DNA of 64,000 bases from NCBI GenBank assembly GCA_038087875.1, contig CM075979.1, positions 67,890,001 to 67,954,000 of the forward strand, written 5' to 3'. Positions 25,813-37,110 of the stretch are shown here, in pieces. Each line of letters opens with the position of its first letter. The first letter of the stretch is position 1. Made by a program: the position numbers and the translations under genes. Source of the stretch: Malacoraja senta (Eukaryota). Under the pieces are notes generated by a model. It was not told where the DNA came from. It saw only the letters and a list, made by a program, of their open reading frames with translations, and searched no databases.

Positions 25813-25879
25813 ATGTCAACCCCCACCAGGTACAAGAAGGATAAAGAGATTGTAACCGAATATGAAACACAAGTGAAAG
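25813..25879 (+). CDS. srgap1: SRGAP1 first coding exon
   Basis: MSTPTRYKKDKEIVTEYETQVK+G versus human SRGAP1 MSTPSRFKKDKEIIAEYESQVK. 67 coding nt followed by a strong donor AG|GTAAGG. Confidence 0.93.
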
Positions 25880-26134
25880 GTAAGGGTGTCACCTTTATTT
25901 ACGCTTCATTTTTTTGCCCAGTAAAGGGTTACGGGTGTGAAAGTGGATGGCTCATTTTTTCAATTGTTTTTGCACGAAAAATACTATTAAAATGTAGACA
26001 GGCGTTTAAAGGAATGGTTGGTGAAATTGGAGGTCGGCTTGTGGTGAGGGTTTGCATTTCAAACGGGAGAATCGATTTCATGTGACGTGTGGCATTGGTT
26101 CGAGTTGTGAGGACCGGCCCTGTTACCCGGGTTT

Positions 26135-26428
26135 GGTTGAGAGATACAGCATGGAAACAGGCCCTTCGGCCCACCGAGTCCACGCTGACCATCGATCACC
26201 CCTGTTACCCCACGTTCTCACCCACTCTCTACACACTAGGGGCAATTTACAGAGGGCCAATTAACCTACAGACCCGCACGTCTTTTGGGATGTGGGAGGA
26301 AATCCGAGCAAAGCCATTCGGTGACAGGAAGGACGCGCAAACTCCACGCAAACAGACAGCACCCGAGGCCAGGATCGAACCCGGGTCTCTGGCGCTGTGA
26401 GGCAGCAACACCACCAGCTGCGCCACTG
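26135..26428 (-). mobile_element. HE1-like V-SINE
   Basis: Head, V-domain and tail. Confidence 0.85.
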
Positions 26429-26901
26429 AATGCTAACAATTATTAAACTTCAAAATCAATCACCCCTCCCCAGCGGGATGTGTGAACAAGTGCACGATGA
26501 GATGAGGGAGGGGGACACTTGGAGAGAAACTCCCGGGAGATATTTTTTTCTTTCCACGCTGCTCAGATTATTTGCATTGGAAGGGTCAGCAGATGCTGGC
26601 TTATCTCAAAGTCAAAAGTCAATTTTATCCGTCACATCTATCTTCAGATTCAGCATGCGGCAGAAAATGATCCCAAAAGCGGCCGCGGAAAAGTTTGGCG
26701 ATGGTCCACGGTCAAAGTTGGGAGGCGGGAGCCGGAGTTGAAGCCCTGCCCTTCCCACCCCTACTCGTCCCATCAGGGGGAAATGACACGGGGAGCGTGG
26801 AAACTCATCAGACAATATAACTCAAGTCCCTTGAATCAATTACAGCAGTAACTCCCTAAATGCATGTAATATACATCCCCAAATAGTACTACCGAATTGC
26901 T

Positions 26902-26937
26902 CAGTCTGAAGAAGGGTCTCGACCCGAAACGTCACAT
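26902..26937 (+). ncRNA. Minimal type I hammerhead ribozyme motif (best-preserved copy) in a PLE pLTR
   Basis: CAGT-CTGAAGA-A-GGGTCTCGACCC-GAAAC-GTC-ACAT, predicted cleavage after 26933. The insertion 26893-27000 is flanked by CAAATAG(T/C)ACTAC. Confidence 0.68.
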
Positions 26938-29129
26938 ATTCTTTTTCTCCAGTGATTCTGCCTGACCCGCTGAGTTACTCCAGCATTTTGTGTCTATCTT
27001 CAAATAGCACTACGGGCGAGGCCTTGGGCAGCAGACCTGCGCAGCGGTAGAGTTGCGACCTCGCAGCGCCAGAAACCCGGGTTCGATCCTGACCCCCGAT
27101 GCTGTTTGTGTGGAGTTTGCACATTCTCCCTATGACTGCACGGGTTATCTCTTGGTACTCAGGTTTCCTCCCATGTGCAGGTTAATTGTAAAATTGTCCT
27201 AGTGTGTAGGGAGTGGAAATGGTCTAACATAGAATTAGTAGTGACCGGGTGATCAATGGGCCTGTTTTCATGCTGTGTCTCTAAAACTGAAAAAAAAATC
27301 TAATATAAATGTGGCCAGTTGCAATGATTGACTTGCGACACCTAAGAATTAGTTAATGTTGCGATTTCCATTTTCTTCACATCGACCTAGAGGAATGAGT
27401 GGAGGGGATGGATCCGTGTTTGCTGGCGACCTCGAACGGTTCAATTACAGAACTTCGCCAGGCGAGCTAACCGAGTATTGCAGTGCAATGTTGAATTGGT
27501 GGCGAATTAGGCTTTAAATAGCATCCAAGTTGCAAATCATTTTACAACGCGTTTTGCAGCCAAGAATGGAATTGATGAGCTGCTCGTTGGAGCTGAAGTC
27601 TTCTCGTTTGCATTTTGCTTTCCGGCGTTGTATCGCGTTGCATTTTGGAATTAACTTAATAAATATATACTCCAATCAAGGTTAGAATGAGATCACTTAA
27701 GAAGTAGGACAGGTGACTTCATTATACTTGAGCGTTAGTATAAACCTGTCTGTCGTTCAGTGTTCCACAGGGCTTCAACACTTGGGTCATTCCGACCTGC
27801 TTAGTGTGGGAGGTGGACCGAAGGGCCTGTTTCCGAGCTGCATCTCTAAAACTAAAAACTATAAACCCAATGAATGGCCACTGGCCTGAAACATTAACTG
27901 TTTCTCCCTCTGCAAGAGCTGATCAGTAGACCTCGCTAATCCATGTTCCCCAAGAGATGCAGCCTGACCCGTTGCATCACTCCAGCACTTTGTGTCTATC
28001 TACTGTTTAAATATTTGGAGTTTCTGACTTCAGTAGCTTTGATCAGGCAGAAAGTTCTGCTGTTGGGGTGAAACATTGTTCTAAACTGCTGGTACCGTCG
28101 AGCTATTGCCATCTTTACTCAGTTAAGTTGGAGCTCAGTTTACACCCTAGGTTCTCCTGTACGTTTACAGACTTTGGTTAAATTTGTCCAGGAAGCAGTG
28201 CTCATCTTTCCTCCTCATTGAATTTCTCAATGTCGGCTAAAACTCAAGTACAAATCAAGCTGCCCGACAAACCCAGCAGGTCAGGCAGCATCTGCGGAGG
28301 CAAAGATGTGGTCGATGTTTCGGGTTGGGACCCTGCCTCAGAATTAAGACTTAGTTTATTATTGTCACGTGTATTACAACGCAACAATGCTGATAACTAT
28401 ATTTTGCACTCTCTCTCTCTACCCTTTAGTTTAGTTTATTATTGTCACATGTACCGATATACAGTGGAAAGCTTTTTTTGTTGCATACTATCCAGTCAAA
28501 GAAAAGACTATACACTATTACAATCAAGCTGTCCGCAGAGTAAAGATAAAGGGTACAGCATTTAGTGCACTAAAGGTGTAGGTTCACCAGGTTAATTCCC
28601 AGGATGGCGGGACCGACATATGATGAAAGAATTCCCTGCCCCAGAAGGCAGTGGAGGCCAATTCACTGGATGTTTTCAAGAGAGTTAGATTTAGCTCTTA
28701 GGGCTAAAGGAATCAAGGGATATGGGGAAAAAGCTGGAACGGGGTACTGATTTTAGATGATCAGCCATGATCATATTGAATGGTGGTGCTGGCTCGAAGG
28801 GCCGAATTGCCTCCTGCACCTATTTCAAAGGTCTCCAGTGAGGTAGATGGAAGGTCAGGACCATACTCCAATGGGTGATAGGATGGTTCAGTTGGCTGTT
28901 GACAGCTGGGAAGAAACTGTCCCTGAATCTGGAGGTGCATTTTCAAACTTCTGTATCTCTTGCCTGATGGGAGAGGGGAGAAGAGGGAGTGACCAGGGGT
29001 GAGACTGGTCCTTTGATTATGCTGCTGGCCTTGCCGTGGCAGCGTGAGGTGTAGATGGAGTCAATGCAAGGGACGCTGGTTTGCGTGATGGTCTGGTCTG
29101 CCTGTTGAGTGGAGTGTGGAGGGGCGATA

Positions 29130-29389
29130 GTCAGTGCAAAGCTGACCAGTTGCATCGTGGCTCGGCAACTTGAGCGCCCAGGAGCGGAAAAGACTACAAA
29201 AAGTAGTAAACACTGCCCAGTCCATCATCGGCTCTGACCTCCCTACCATCGAGGGGATCTATCGTAGTCGCTGCCTCAAAAAGGCTGGCAGCATCATCAA
29301 GGACCCACACCATCCTGGCCACACACTCATCTCCCTGCTACCTTCAGGTAGAAGGTACAGGAGCCTGAAGACTGCAACGTCCAGGTTCA
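29130..29389 (+). mobile_element. Rex1/Babar-like LINE 3' fragment, interrupted by CR1 and resuming at 30331
   Basis: ERKRLQKVVNTAQSIIGSDLPTIEGIYRSRCLKKAGSIIKDPHHPGHTLISLLPSGRRYRSLKTATSRF; continues FRNSYFPTA after 30331. Confidence 0.85.
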
Positions 29390-30330
29390 TAGAAACATAG
29401 AAATTAGGTGCAGGAGTAGGCCATTCGGCCCTTCGAGCCTGCACCGCCATTCAATATGATCATGGCTGATCATCCAACTCAGTATCCCGTACCTGCCTTC
29501 TCTCCATACCCTCTGATCCCTTTAGCCACAAGGGCCACATCTAACTCCCTCTTAAATATAGCCAATGAACTGGCCTCGACTACCCTCTGTGGCAGAGAGT
29601 TCCAGAGATTCACCACTCTCTGTGTGAAAAAAGTTCTTCTCATCTCGGTTTTAAAGGATTTCCCCCTTATCCTTAAGCTGTGACCCCTTGTCCTGGACTT
29701 CCCCAACATCGGGAGCAATCTTCCTGCATCTAGCCTGTCCAACCCCTTAAGAATTTTGTAAGTTTCTATAAGATCCCCTCTCAATCTCCTAAATTCTAGA
29801 GAGTATAAACCAAGTCTATCCAGTCTTTCTTCATAAGACAGTCCTGGCATCCCAGGAATCAGTCTGGTGAACCTTCTCTGCACTCCCTCTATGGCAATAA
29901 TGTCCTTCCTCAGATTTGGAGACCAAAACTGTACGCAATACTCCAGGTGTGGTCTCACCAAGACCCTGTACAACTGCAGCAGAACCTCCCTGCTCCTATA
30001 CTCAAATCCTTTTGCTATGAAAGCTAACATACCATTCGCTTTCTTCACTGCCTGCTGCACCTGCATGCCTACTTTCAATGACTGGTGTACCATGACACCC
30101 AGGTCTCGCTGCATCTCCCCTTTTCCTAGTCGGCCACCATTTAGATAATAGTCTGCTTTCCTGTTTTTGCCACCAAAATGGATAACCTCACATTTATCCA
30201 CATTATACTGCATCTGCCAAACATTTGCCCACTCACCCAGCCTATCCAAGTCACCTTGCAGTCTCCTAGCATCCTCCTCACAGCTAACACTGCCCCCCAG
30301 CTTAGTGTCATCCGCAAACTTGGAGATATT
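29390..30330 (-). mobile_element. Young 5'-truncated CR1 LINE with an open ORF2 C-terminus
   Basis: Uninterrupted 256-aa ORF 29479-30249 (WQMQYNVDKCEVIHFG...LVRPHLEYCVQFWSP...FFTQRVVNLWNSLP), a (CTATGTTT)-type tail, and TSD GTTCA. Confidence 0.95.
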
Positions 30331-31164
30331 GTTCAGAAATAGCTACTTCCCCACAGCTCAACTCAACTCAAGTGAAACAAATCTCTGAACACTAATAGAC
30401 CATTATCTACTTTATTTGTACTTTATCTGCTTATTTATTGATATGTGTATATATTTATATAATGGTGTATGGACACACTGATATGATATGTTCTGTATTC
30501 GTGCCTAGTATATTCCGTTGTGCTGATGCAAAGCAAGAATTTCATTGTCCTATCTGGGACATGACAATAAACTCTCTTGACGACTTGAAAGAGATAAGGG
30601 GGAGGGGTGGGCCTGAAGCTGGTAGGCTGTAGATATCTGAACTCTCTTTGATATGGCTGATGCCTTCTTGTGAAACGCGTCACCGGTGTTTAATACTGCC
30701 TCAGCCTAACCTCCCGCTGAAATCATCTATGTCTCAACCTAAAAAGGAAAATACCCCATGAATCTTCTCAGCCACTGGATCCCACCATTCAAGTCATCCC
30801 GAGAAAAGGGTGTTAAAATACTTTTTTTTTTAAAATACAGGCTTGTATACGGCATCACAGATGGTTGGGATTTTGTTTGCAAGCTGCATATGAAATTATG
30901 GAGCCAGTGTAAACATGATAACTGTTTCCAGGGTGTAAACTTCCAGGAAACGATGATGATTGCATTGTGAAATTGGACATCTGGGAAATAGTTTCAGCAG
31001 AGATGTGTCCTGCAGGCTTTTTAAATCGTAATTGTGATTCATATCCTGAGAAGGTGCTGTCAGTAAGACTGACACTTTGTGCATTACCATGTGTGTGATT
31101 CATGAAAAGGAAGAGTTGTATTAACTCTGAGAAATGTTCCTTCACGGTGGAACTGTTAACCCCC

Positions 31165-31865
31165 TTGTGGAAGCAAGGAACTGCAGATGCTGGTTTACCA
31201 AATAAAAAGACACACAGTGCTGGAGTAACTCAGCGGGTCAGGCAGCATCCCGGGTAACATGGATAGGACCATTGTGGGTTCCATCTGTCCTTGATCATCA
31301 TTGCTATCTTTGATTTGTCCTTTTGCATACCTTTCATTCATTTGTTCCTTGCACCTCTTCATGTCTCTAGTTTCCCTTTCCGCTGACTCTCCATCTGAGG
31401 AAGGGTCCCGACCAGAAATGTCACCTATTCCTTTTCTGTAGAGATGCTGCCTGACCTGCTGAGTTATTCCAGCATTTTGTGGCTATCTTCGGTATAAACC
31501 AGCAACTGAAGTTCCTTCCCGCACATGGATAGGTGACGTTTTGGGTCGGGACCCTTCTTCAGACTGATTGTAGGGGGAGAGGGGAGGAAAGAAGGCTAGA
31601 GGGAGAGATGAGGCGTAGGACTAAGCATAGCAGGTAATAGGTGGACACAACCAATGATGATGAGCAGATGGTTGGACAAAGGCCAGAAATAAGAAAAGAA
31701 AAGGTGTGAGATAAAAGACATTAAAGAGTTGTGAATTGTGAAGCCAGAGGAAAGCATGTAGAGGGAGGTAGAAATAGGTACAAGTCTGGGGAGGGGGGAG
31801 GAGGAGGGAAGAAAGGGGTGTGTGAGGAGGAGGGAGGGCTGTTGGTGGTTACCTAACATTGGAGA
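31165..31865 (-). mobile_element. Penelope-like 3' fragment with a second, inverted pLTR nested at 31268-31522
   Basis: TSD ACATGGATAGG at 31257-31267 and 31523-31533, with degenerate hammerhead cores in both copies. Confidence 0.8.
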
Positions 31866-31944
31866 CTTTACCCCTCTGTAGATCCATGTCTTGCCACTCA
31901 GGCAGTTCCCATCTCCAAGGATGTAGTTTCTCCACTCAGACTGA

Positions 31945-32357
31945 GTACAGGTCTGCCGGCACACTTGGTTTAGGGATCCTTTATGGGTTATCCGTTTAAC
32001 TGCACCATCAGAGGTCACGGCCTCTGAGAGGAGTCCAACACTACTGGTCTGTGGAGGCCGCCGGGGGGCCGAGATACCGACCCACAAAGTCGTCCCCAGA
32101 AGTCGGCTATGGGAGTGGATCTGCCTGCTCCGTCCGGGTTGGACTTCCAGAGCCCCGGCCACAGGGGGGGATAATTTGACCCACCGATTGGCGAGGAAGT
32201 CCGCATGAGGTAGAAATCGGCCGCCTCACCTGGCATAGGCTGCACAATTTCGTGGGGACTTCCAGGGGAGATTTCAAGTGCGCTCTCGTAATTTTGTCCG
32301 GATTAAAGGTGGTGCTGGTCCAACAGTTGCCGGATAATCAATGTCTCTCTCACTGTG
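31945..32357. mobile_element. Possible Tigger-like MITE
   Basis: CpG-rich block with CCGGATTA/CCGGATAATC subterminal motifs and a CACTG end. TIRs are poorly preserved. Confidence 0.35.
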
Positions 32358-32506
32358 ACAATATTATCAAGGTATAATTGTGCAAACTAATGAAACTGCT
32401 TGCCCAGTAACCACCCACCGGCCACTCGATGAGCTGAATGAGCGGCGGGTTGGACAGACTGCATACCGCAGATTCCGCCTGCATTAAGTCCCCTAAAATG
32501 AGTTTA

Positions 32507-33108
32507 AGGTCTGTCTCACGAATCTGCGGTCATTGGCGGCGAAACGGGAAGAATCTGCCGCCATAGACCGCGCACTCGTGAGAAAGAACAATTCCCGGGC
32601 CGTGCGACGGTGTTCCCAACACCGCGCGGTGCAAAAATAAAATCGACAATGTCGAAAACCAAATACTCACCGCACAACCTCCACCAGTGATGCACGAGTG
32701 CGCACGGCCGCTCGCACGGGCCGCCGCCAGTATGGCTCGAGCGCCGTGCGTCAAACCTCCTCTGCCACAGCCTCCGCCAGTGACGCACGTGCCGCCGCCA
32801 GTGAGACACGTGTGCTGCGCGGCCGCAGGCACAGCCATCGCTACAGCGCCGCGATCAGGATGGCCGCCGCCACAGCCGCCGCTGGTGAGTCACGTGCGGG
32901 GGGCCGACGTCATCGCAGTCGGCCCGCCCTTTTTTTACTTACCGCAAGCACGTGGGACCCGCCGTGTTTGAATTAACTCGGCCCCCGCGCAACATCCGTG
33001 CGGCGCTCCGTTGGATAGCCTCGACGCTCTCGCCGTTGCCGCGCGGTCCTAGCTACCGTCTGCACCGCGCTTCACCGCCGATGACCGCAAACAGGTAAGA
33101 CACGGCCT
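32507..33108. mobile_element. PIF/Harbinger-like MITE, CpG-rich
   Basis: Imperfect TIRs of about 38 bp (AGGTCTGTCTCACGAATCTGCGGTCATTGGCGGCGAA versus TTCACCGCCGATGACCGCAAACAGGTAAGACACGGCCT) and a TTA TSD (32504-32506 and 33109-33111). Confidence 0.8.
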
Positions 33109-34499
33109 TTAGGCATTCACACTGCTGCCCTTCACTCTGTGGGAGGTAGAGGCCGGAAAGAGAAAGTGAATAGATGAAACTCTCAGGCTCCTGTCAGTGG
33201 AAGTGGAGAGTTATTAACAGGCCTGTGGTGCAAGTTGTTATTGAGCCTGCCCCAGAGTAACGAGGAGAGTAATGTTGGACAAAGCAGCTGACACACAGCA
33301 GAGAACACAAAGTGCTGGAGTAACTCAGCGGGCCAGGCAACTTCTCTGGAGAACATGGATAGGTGACATTTCGGGTCGGGACGCTTTTTCAGGCAGACTG
33401 ATTGACAAGCAGATTGGTTGGCGTGGACCTGATGGGCCAAAGGGCCTGTTTCCGCGCTGTATCCTAAAGTCAAGAAAACACTACAATGCTGAGAACTGTA
33501 CTATGCACTCTGGATCTCCCCCTTTGTTCCATTTATTCCACTTGAGCTTGAACTGATTGTATCTATGTATAGTATATCTGATCTGTTTGGAGAGCTTTGC
33601 AAGGCAAAGCTTTTCACTGTACCTCGGTATACATGACAATAATAATCTTAAACCTAAATCTGCTCTACCTATGTAACCGCCATCAGATTCTTGAACCGAC
33701 CTGCATAACCCTAACCCTACCTTGGCACAGGAACAATACAGACTATTCTTACATCACCATGAACTTGTTTTCTGATTGTGTTTTGCATCAATGTCTTATT
33801 TTTAGCACAGTTTTTTTACTATCCAGCAGAATTAATGTACAATTTGTTTTTGTGTGTTGCTTGTGTCCAAGTTTAATCAATAGTACATCATTGTCACATG
33901 TACCGAGGAAAAGTGACATTTTGTGTTTACATACAGTTCAATAACAATCTTATTATACACATAAGCTTAACCGTACTTGAGAACAAGAGTGTAGGAGTAA
34001 TAGATTAGACTGAGGCAGTACACAAGCATCACCATGTTTCCAGCGCCATCTTGTATCGTTCAAGTTGGTTTTATTCAAGATGGCGTGTGTTCTAGACGTA
34101 CCTGTGATGCTGCTGCAAACAAAAATGTCATCGTACGTATATACCTTACCGCACCAATTAATGCAACTTGAATTGATTTTAATTTCCAAACATTGCTTGC
34201 ACACATGAGGAATTTATTTTATTTCTTCCAGTCTAGAACAATATACTGGGAGCTTACTGTGGGGCTTTCTGTGAATGGGAGAGGTGGAGTGCAGATTTAC
34301 TGATGACTGATGAATACTTACAGCCCCTAGGTGAAATGTGTCAACTTGAATTGATTCTGATCTTTATATTTGGGGTAACAATGTTCACTCAAAACGTCTA
34401 TTTTTAAAATATTAAATCAAATGTTGCCGGTATTGTATAGAGTTGCAGAGCTTGCGATGCATAAGTAGGTGTCTTCCTTCACCTTCCAATTTATTTTTA

Positions 34500-34794
34500 A
34501 AGACACAGCATAGAAACTGGCCCAACAGCCCACCGGGTCCACGCCCACCATCAATCACCCGTTCACGCTAGTTCTATGTTATCCCACTTTCTCATCCATT
34601 CCCCACACACACGGAGCACTTATAACAGAGGGCCAATTAACCTACAAACCCGCACATCTTGGGAATGTAGGAGGAAGCCGGAGCACCCGGAGGAAACCAA
34701 CGCGCTCACAGGGAGAACGTGCAAACTCCACACAGATAGCACCTGAGGTCAGGGTCGAAACCGGGTCTCTGGCGCTGTGAGGCAGCGGCTCTAC
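34500..34794 (-). mobile_element. HE1-like V-SINE whose head is split by a hAT insertion (resumes 36562-36578)
   Basis: ...GGCAGCGGCTCTAC | GGCTCTACCCACCGTGC. Confidence 0.85.
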
Positions 34795-36561
34795 CAGGCA
34801 CGTGCCGTGAGTAATTACTCGGGGTTGGCAGTCAGTCGGCTTTAAAAAAAATCTGAAACCGCGCATGCGCAGATTGTTCTCTCCGTAAGTTGTCAGTCGA
34901 CTTTTTATAAAGTCTTCAAAAGCCAAATCTCTTAATAAAGTACTGTCTTTCTAGGCAATGAAAACGCACCCCCAATCTGAGTCGCTAAATTTTGAAAGAA
35001 CGCTGGTGGGACATAGAATTTCTCACGCTCAAAAAATAAAAATAAAGAAAACAATTTTCTCAAGGCTTCCAAATCTCCTTCGTTCTGAATTACTGAATGG
35101 ATGGGGGGTGGAGGGTGACAGCAGGTGGAGAGATGGTGGGAAAAACGGGAGTACACCAGGACAAGTTGAATCAGTTGTGATCTTATTGAATGACAATACT
35201 TGTTCAAGGGACCAATTGGGGGGAGAGTTCCTTTCACAGCGTGTGGGGAGTCTGTGCCAGGGGTAAAGTTGCAGGTAGGGCAGGAGCATTGAGAAGGAGT
35301 GGGTCGGGGATCATGCCAGTAACTCACTCACTCACCGCTGCCGCGGCGCTCCGGGCGCAGAGCCACCGCATTGTGGCCGGGGAGGGAAGTAGCTCGGGTG
35401 GCTGCGAGCGGCCGCCAGGACCGGACAGTGGACGCCACCTCTGCGCCTTCTGCCGGCCCGCTCACCTCTGGCAGTGCTCTTTGTCTGAACATCTCTCACC
35501 TGCTTCTTGCTGGCTTCGCTCATGTCAGCCGCTTCCTGCAAATCCTTAAATTCCGACAGCCGAGTATCCTCAATAGGTCACTTAATTGCGCTGTCGGAAA
35601 TTAAGGATTTGTGGGAAGCGGCTGACATGAGTGAGGCCGGCGAGCAGCAGGAGAGAGGTTTTCAGACGGAGAGCACTGCCAGAGCTGAGCGGGGGCTGGC
35701 AGAAGGAACTGAGGTAGCGGCTGCTCGCAGCCACCCGAGCTACTTCTCCCCCCGGCCACAATGCGATTGGTCCCGTCCGGAGCGTCGCGGCAAGTGAATT
35801 GCTGGCATGATCCCCGACCCCTCCTTCTCAACACTCCTGCCCTCCCCGCAACTTTATCCCGGGCCAGACTCCTCACACGCTGTGAAAGGAACTCTCCCCT
35901 CCCCAGTGGCGCTGTCCTTTAAAGCCGCTTCCCATCAGCTGCCAGCAATGAGGGATAGACTTGGCTATTCCTCAGTACAACAACATCGTTCTTGATGTTG
36001 CTGTAATGAGGGATAGCCAAGTCTATCATTCTTGGCTAACAACCTTCCAACTTCGGCTTCCAAGACACATGTAAATTTTCGTGCCTTATTTTTAGGTAAA
36101 AAATAGCATTTTCATTGCCGGGAAATACGTGTTTTAAAAACATATAGCACCAAGAAATCTACTCACCACATCATTTGTACACGAACTCCATTCTTCTCTC
36201 TTTGTTTCTTTAGATACTCTTAAGATAATGGCAATCCATGTTTGAAAAACCCGCCAAGAAACGTGCGCCGCGCACGCGCAGTATGCTGCCGCGCACGCAC
36301 AGTACTGCAAAGGCAGAATTTCAGCTGCCTTCAGTACCCTGGAAATTGAGGGCTTGAAGCATCGTCGACGGCACGTGGGCTGCACAGACCTTCGCATGTT
36401 ACATGCACTGTGGATGAAAGGCATGGAGAATTATGCCTACCTAAGAGATCGATATCTTAGGTAGGCTTTATTCTCCCATGCCTTTACTATTTATATTTAA
36501 TAATTACCATTTTATAATTTTAGTCAGGGTAGGCAGTGCCTACCCTGACGGCACATGCCTG
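34795..36561. mobile_element. Non-autonomous hAT element
   Basis: TIR CAGGCA(C/T)GTGCCGT at both ends and an 8-bp TSD GGCTCTAC (34787-34794 and 36562-36569). Confidence 0.88.
34943..36129. mobile_element. TcMar (Tc2/pogo-like) MITE nested in the hAT element, with a long internal palindrome
   Basis: TA then CTGTCTTTCTAGGCAATGAAAACGC on the left versus GCATTTTCATTGCCGGGAAATACG on the right. Internal inverted arms 35221-35560 and 35590-35898. Confidence 0.65.
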
Positions 36562-36724
36562 GGCTCTACCCACCGTGCTATGGTGTAGATATCAACAGTG
36601 GCCTCCCCCAACATTGAGTTTATTGATGCTGGATCAGGTTTGATAGGTATTACATAGAATTAAAGAGCATATAATGCGAAGAAAGTGTTGGACTAATTTC
36701 ACTTCCTTCATCCTCCATTTGCCC

Positions 36725-37110
36725 TCAAAGGGATCTACAGGAGTCGCTGCCTTAAAAATGTTGCCAGCATCATCAGAGACCCACACCACCCTGGCCACAC
36801 ACTCATTTCACTCCTGCCATCGGGAAGGAGGTACAGGAGCCTGAAAACTAACGTCCAGGTTCAGGAACGGCTTCTTCCCTACAACCATCAGGCTATTGAA
36901 CACCACAAACTCCAACTGTACCCCAAACTACAAACATGCTTTATTGCACTAGGGAATTGATGCTTTGTTTTTTACTTTAACACTATATTTTTTGATTTGT
37001 TGAACCTTTTGTTGTTTATTATGTTATCTGCAGAGTACTATCTTTACCTATCTGTTATGCTGCTGCAAGTAAGAATTTTGTTGTTCCGTTTCGGGACATA
37101 TGACAATAAA
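36725..37110 (+). mobile_element. Rex1/Babar-like LINE 3' fragment
   Basis: GGGATCTACAGGAGTCGCTGCC...CCACACCACCCTGGCCACACACTCATTTC, the same family as 29130. Confidence 0.8.

Noticed and set aside
30655-30685. Hammerhead-like CTGATG...GAAACGCGTC
   Set aside because: Lacks CUGANGA (reads CTGATGC) and has no stem II.
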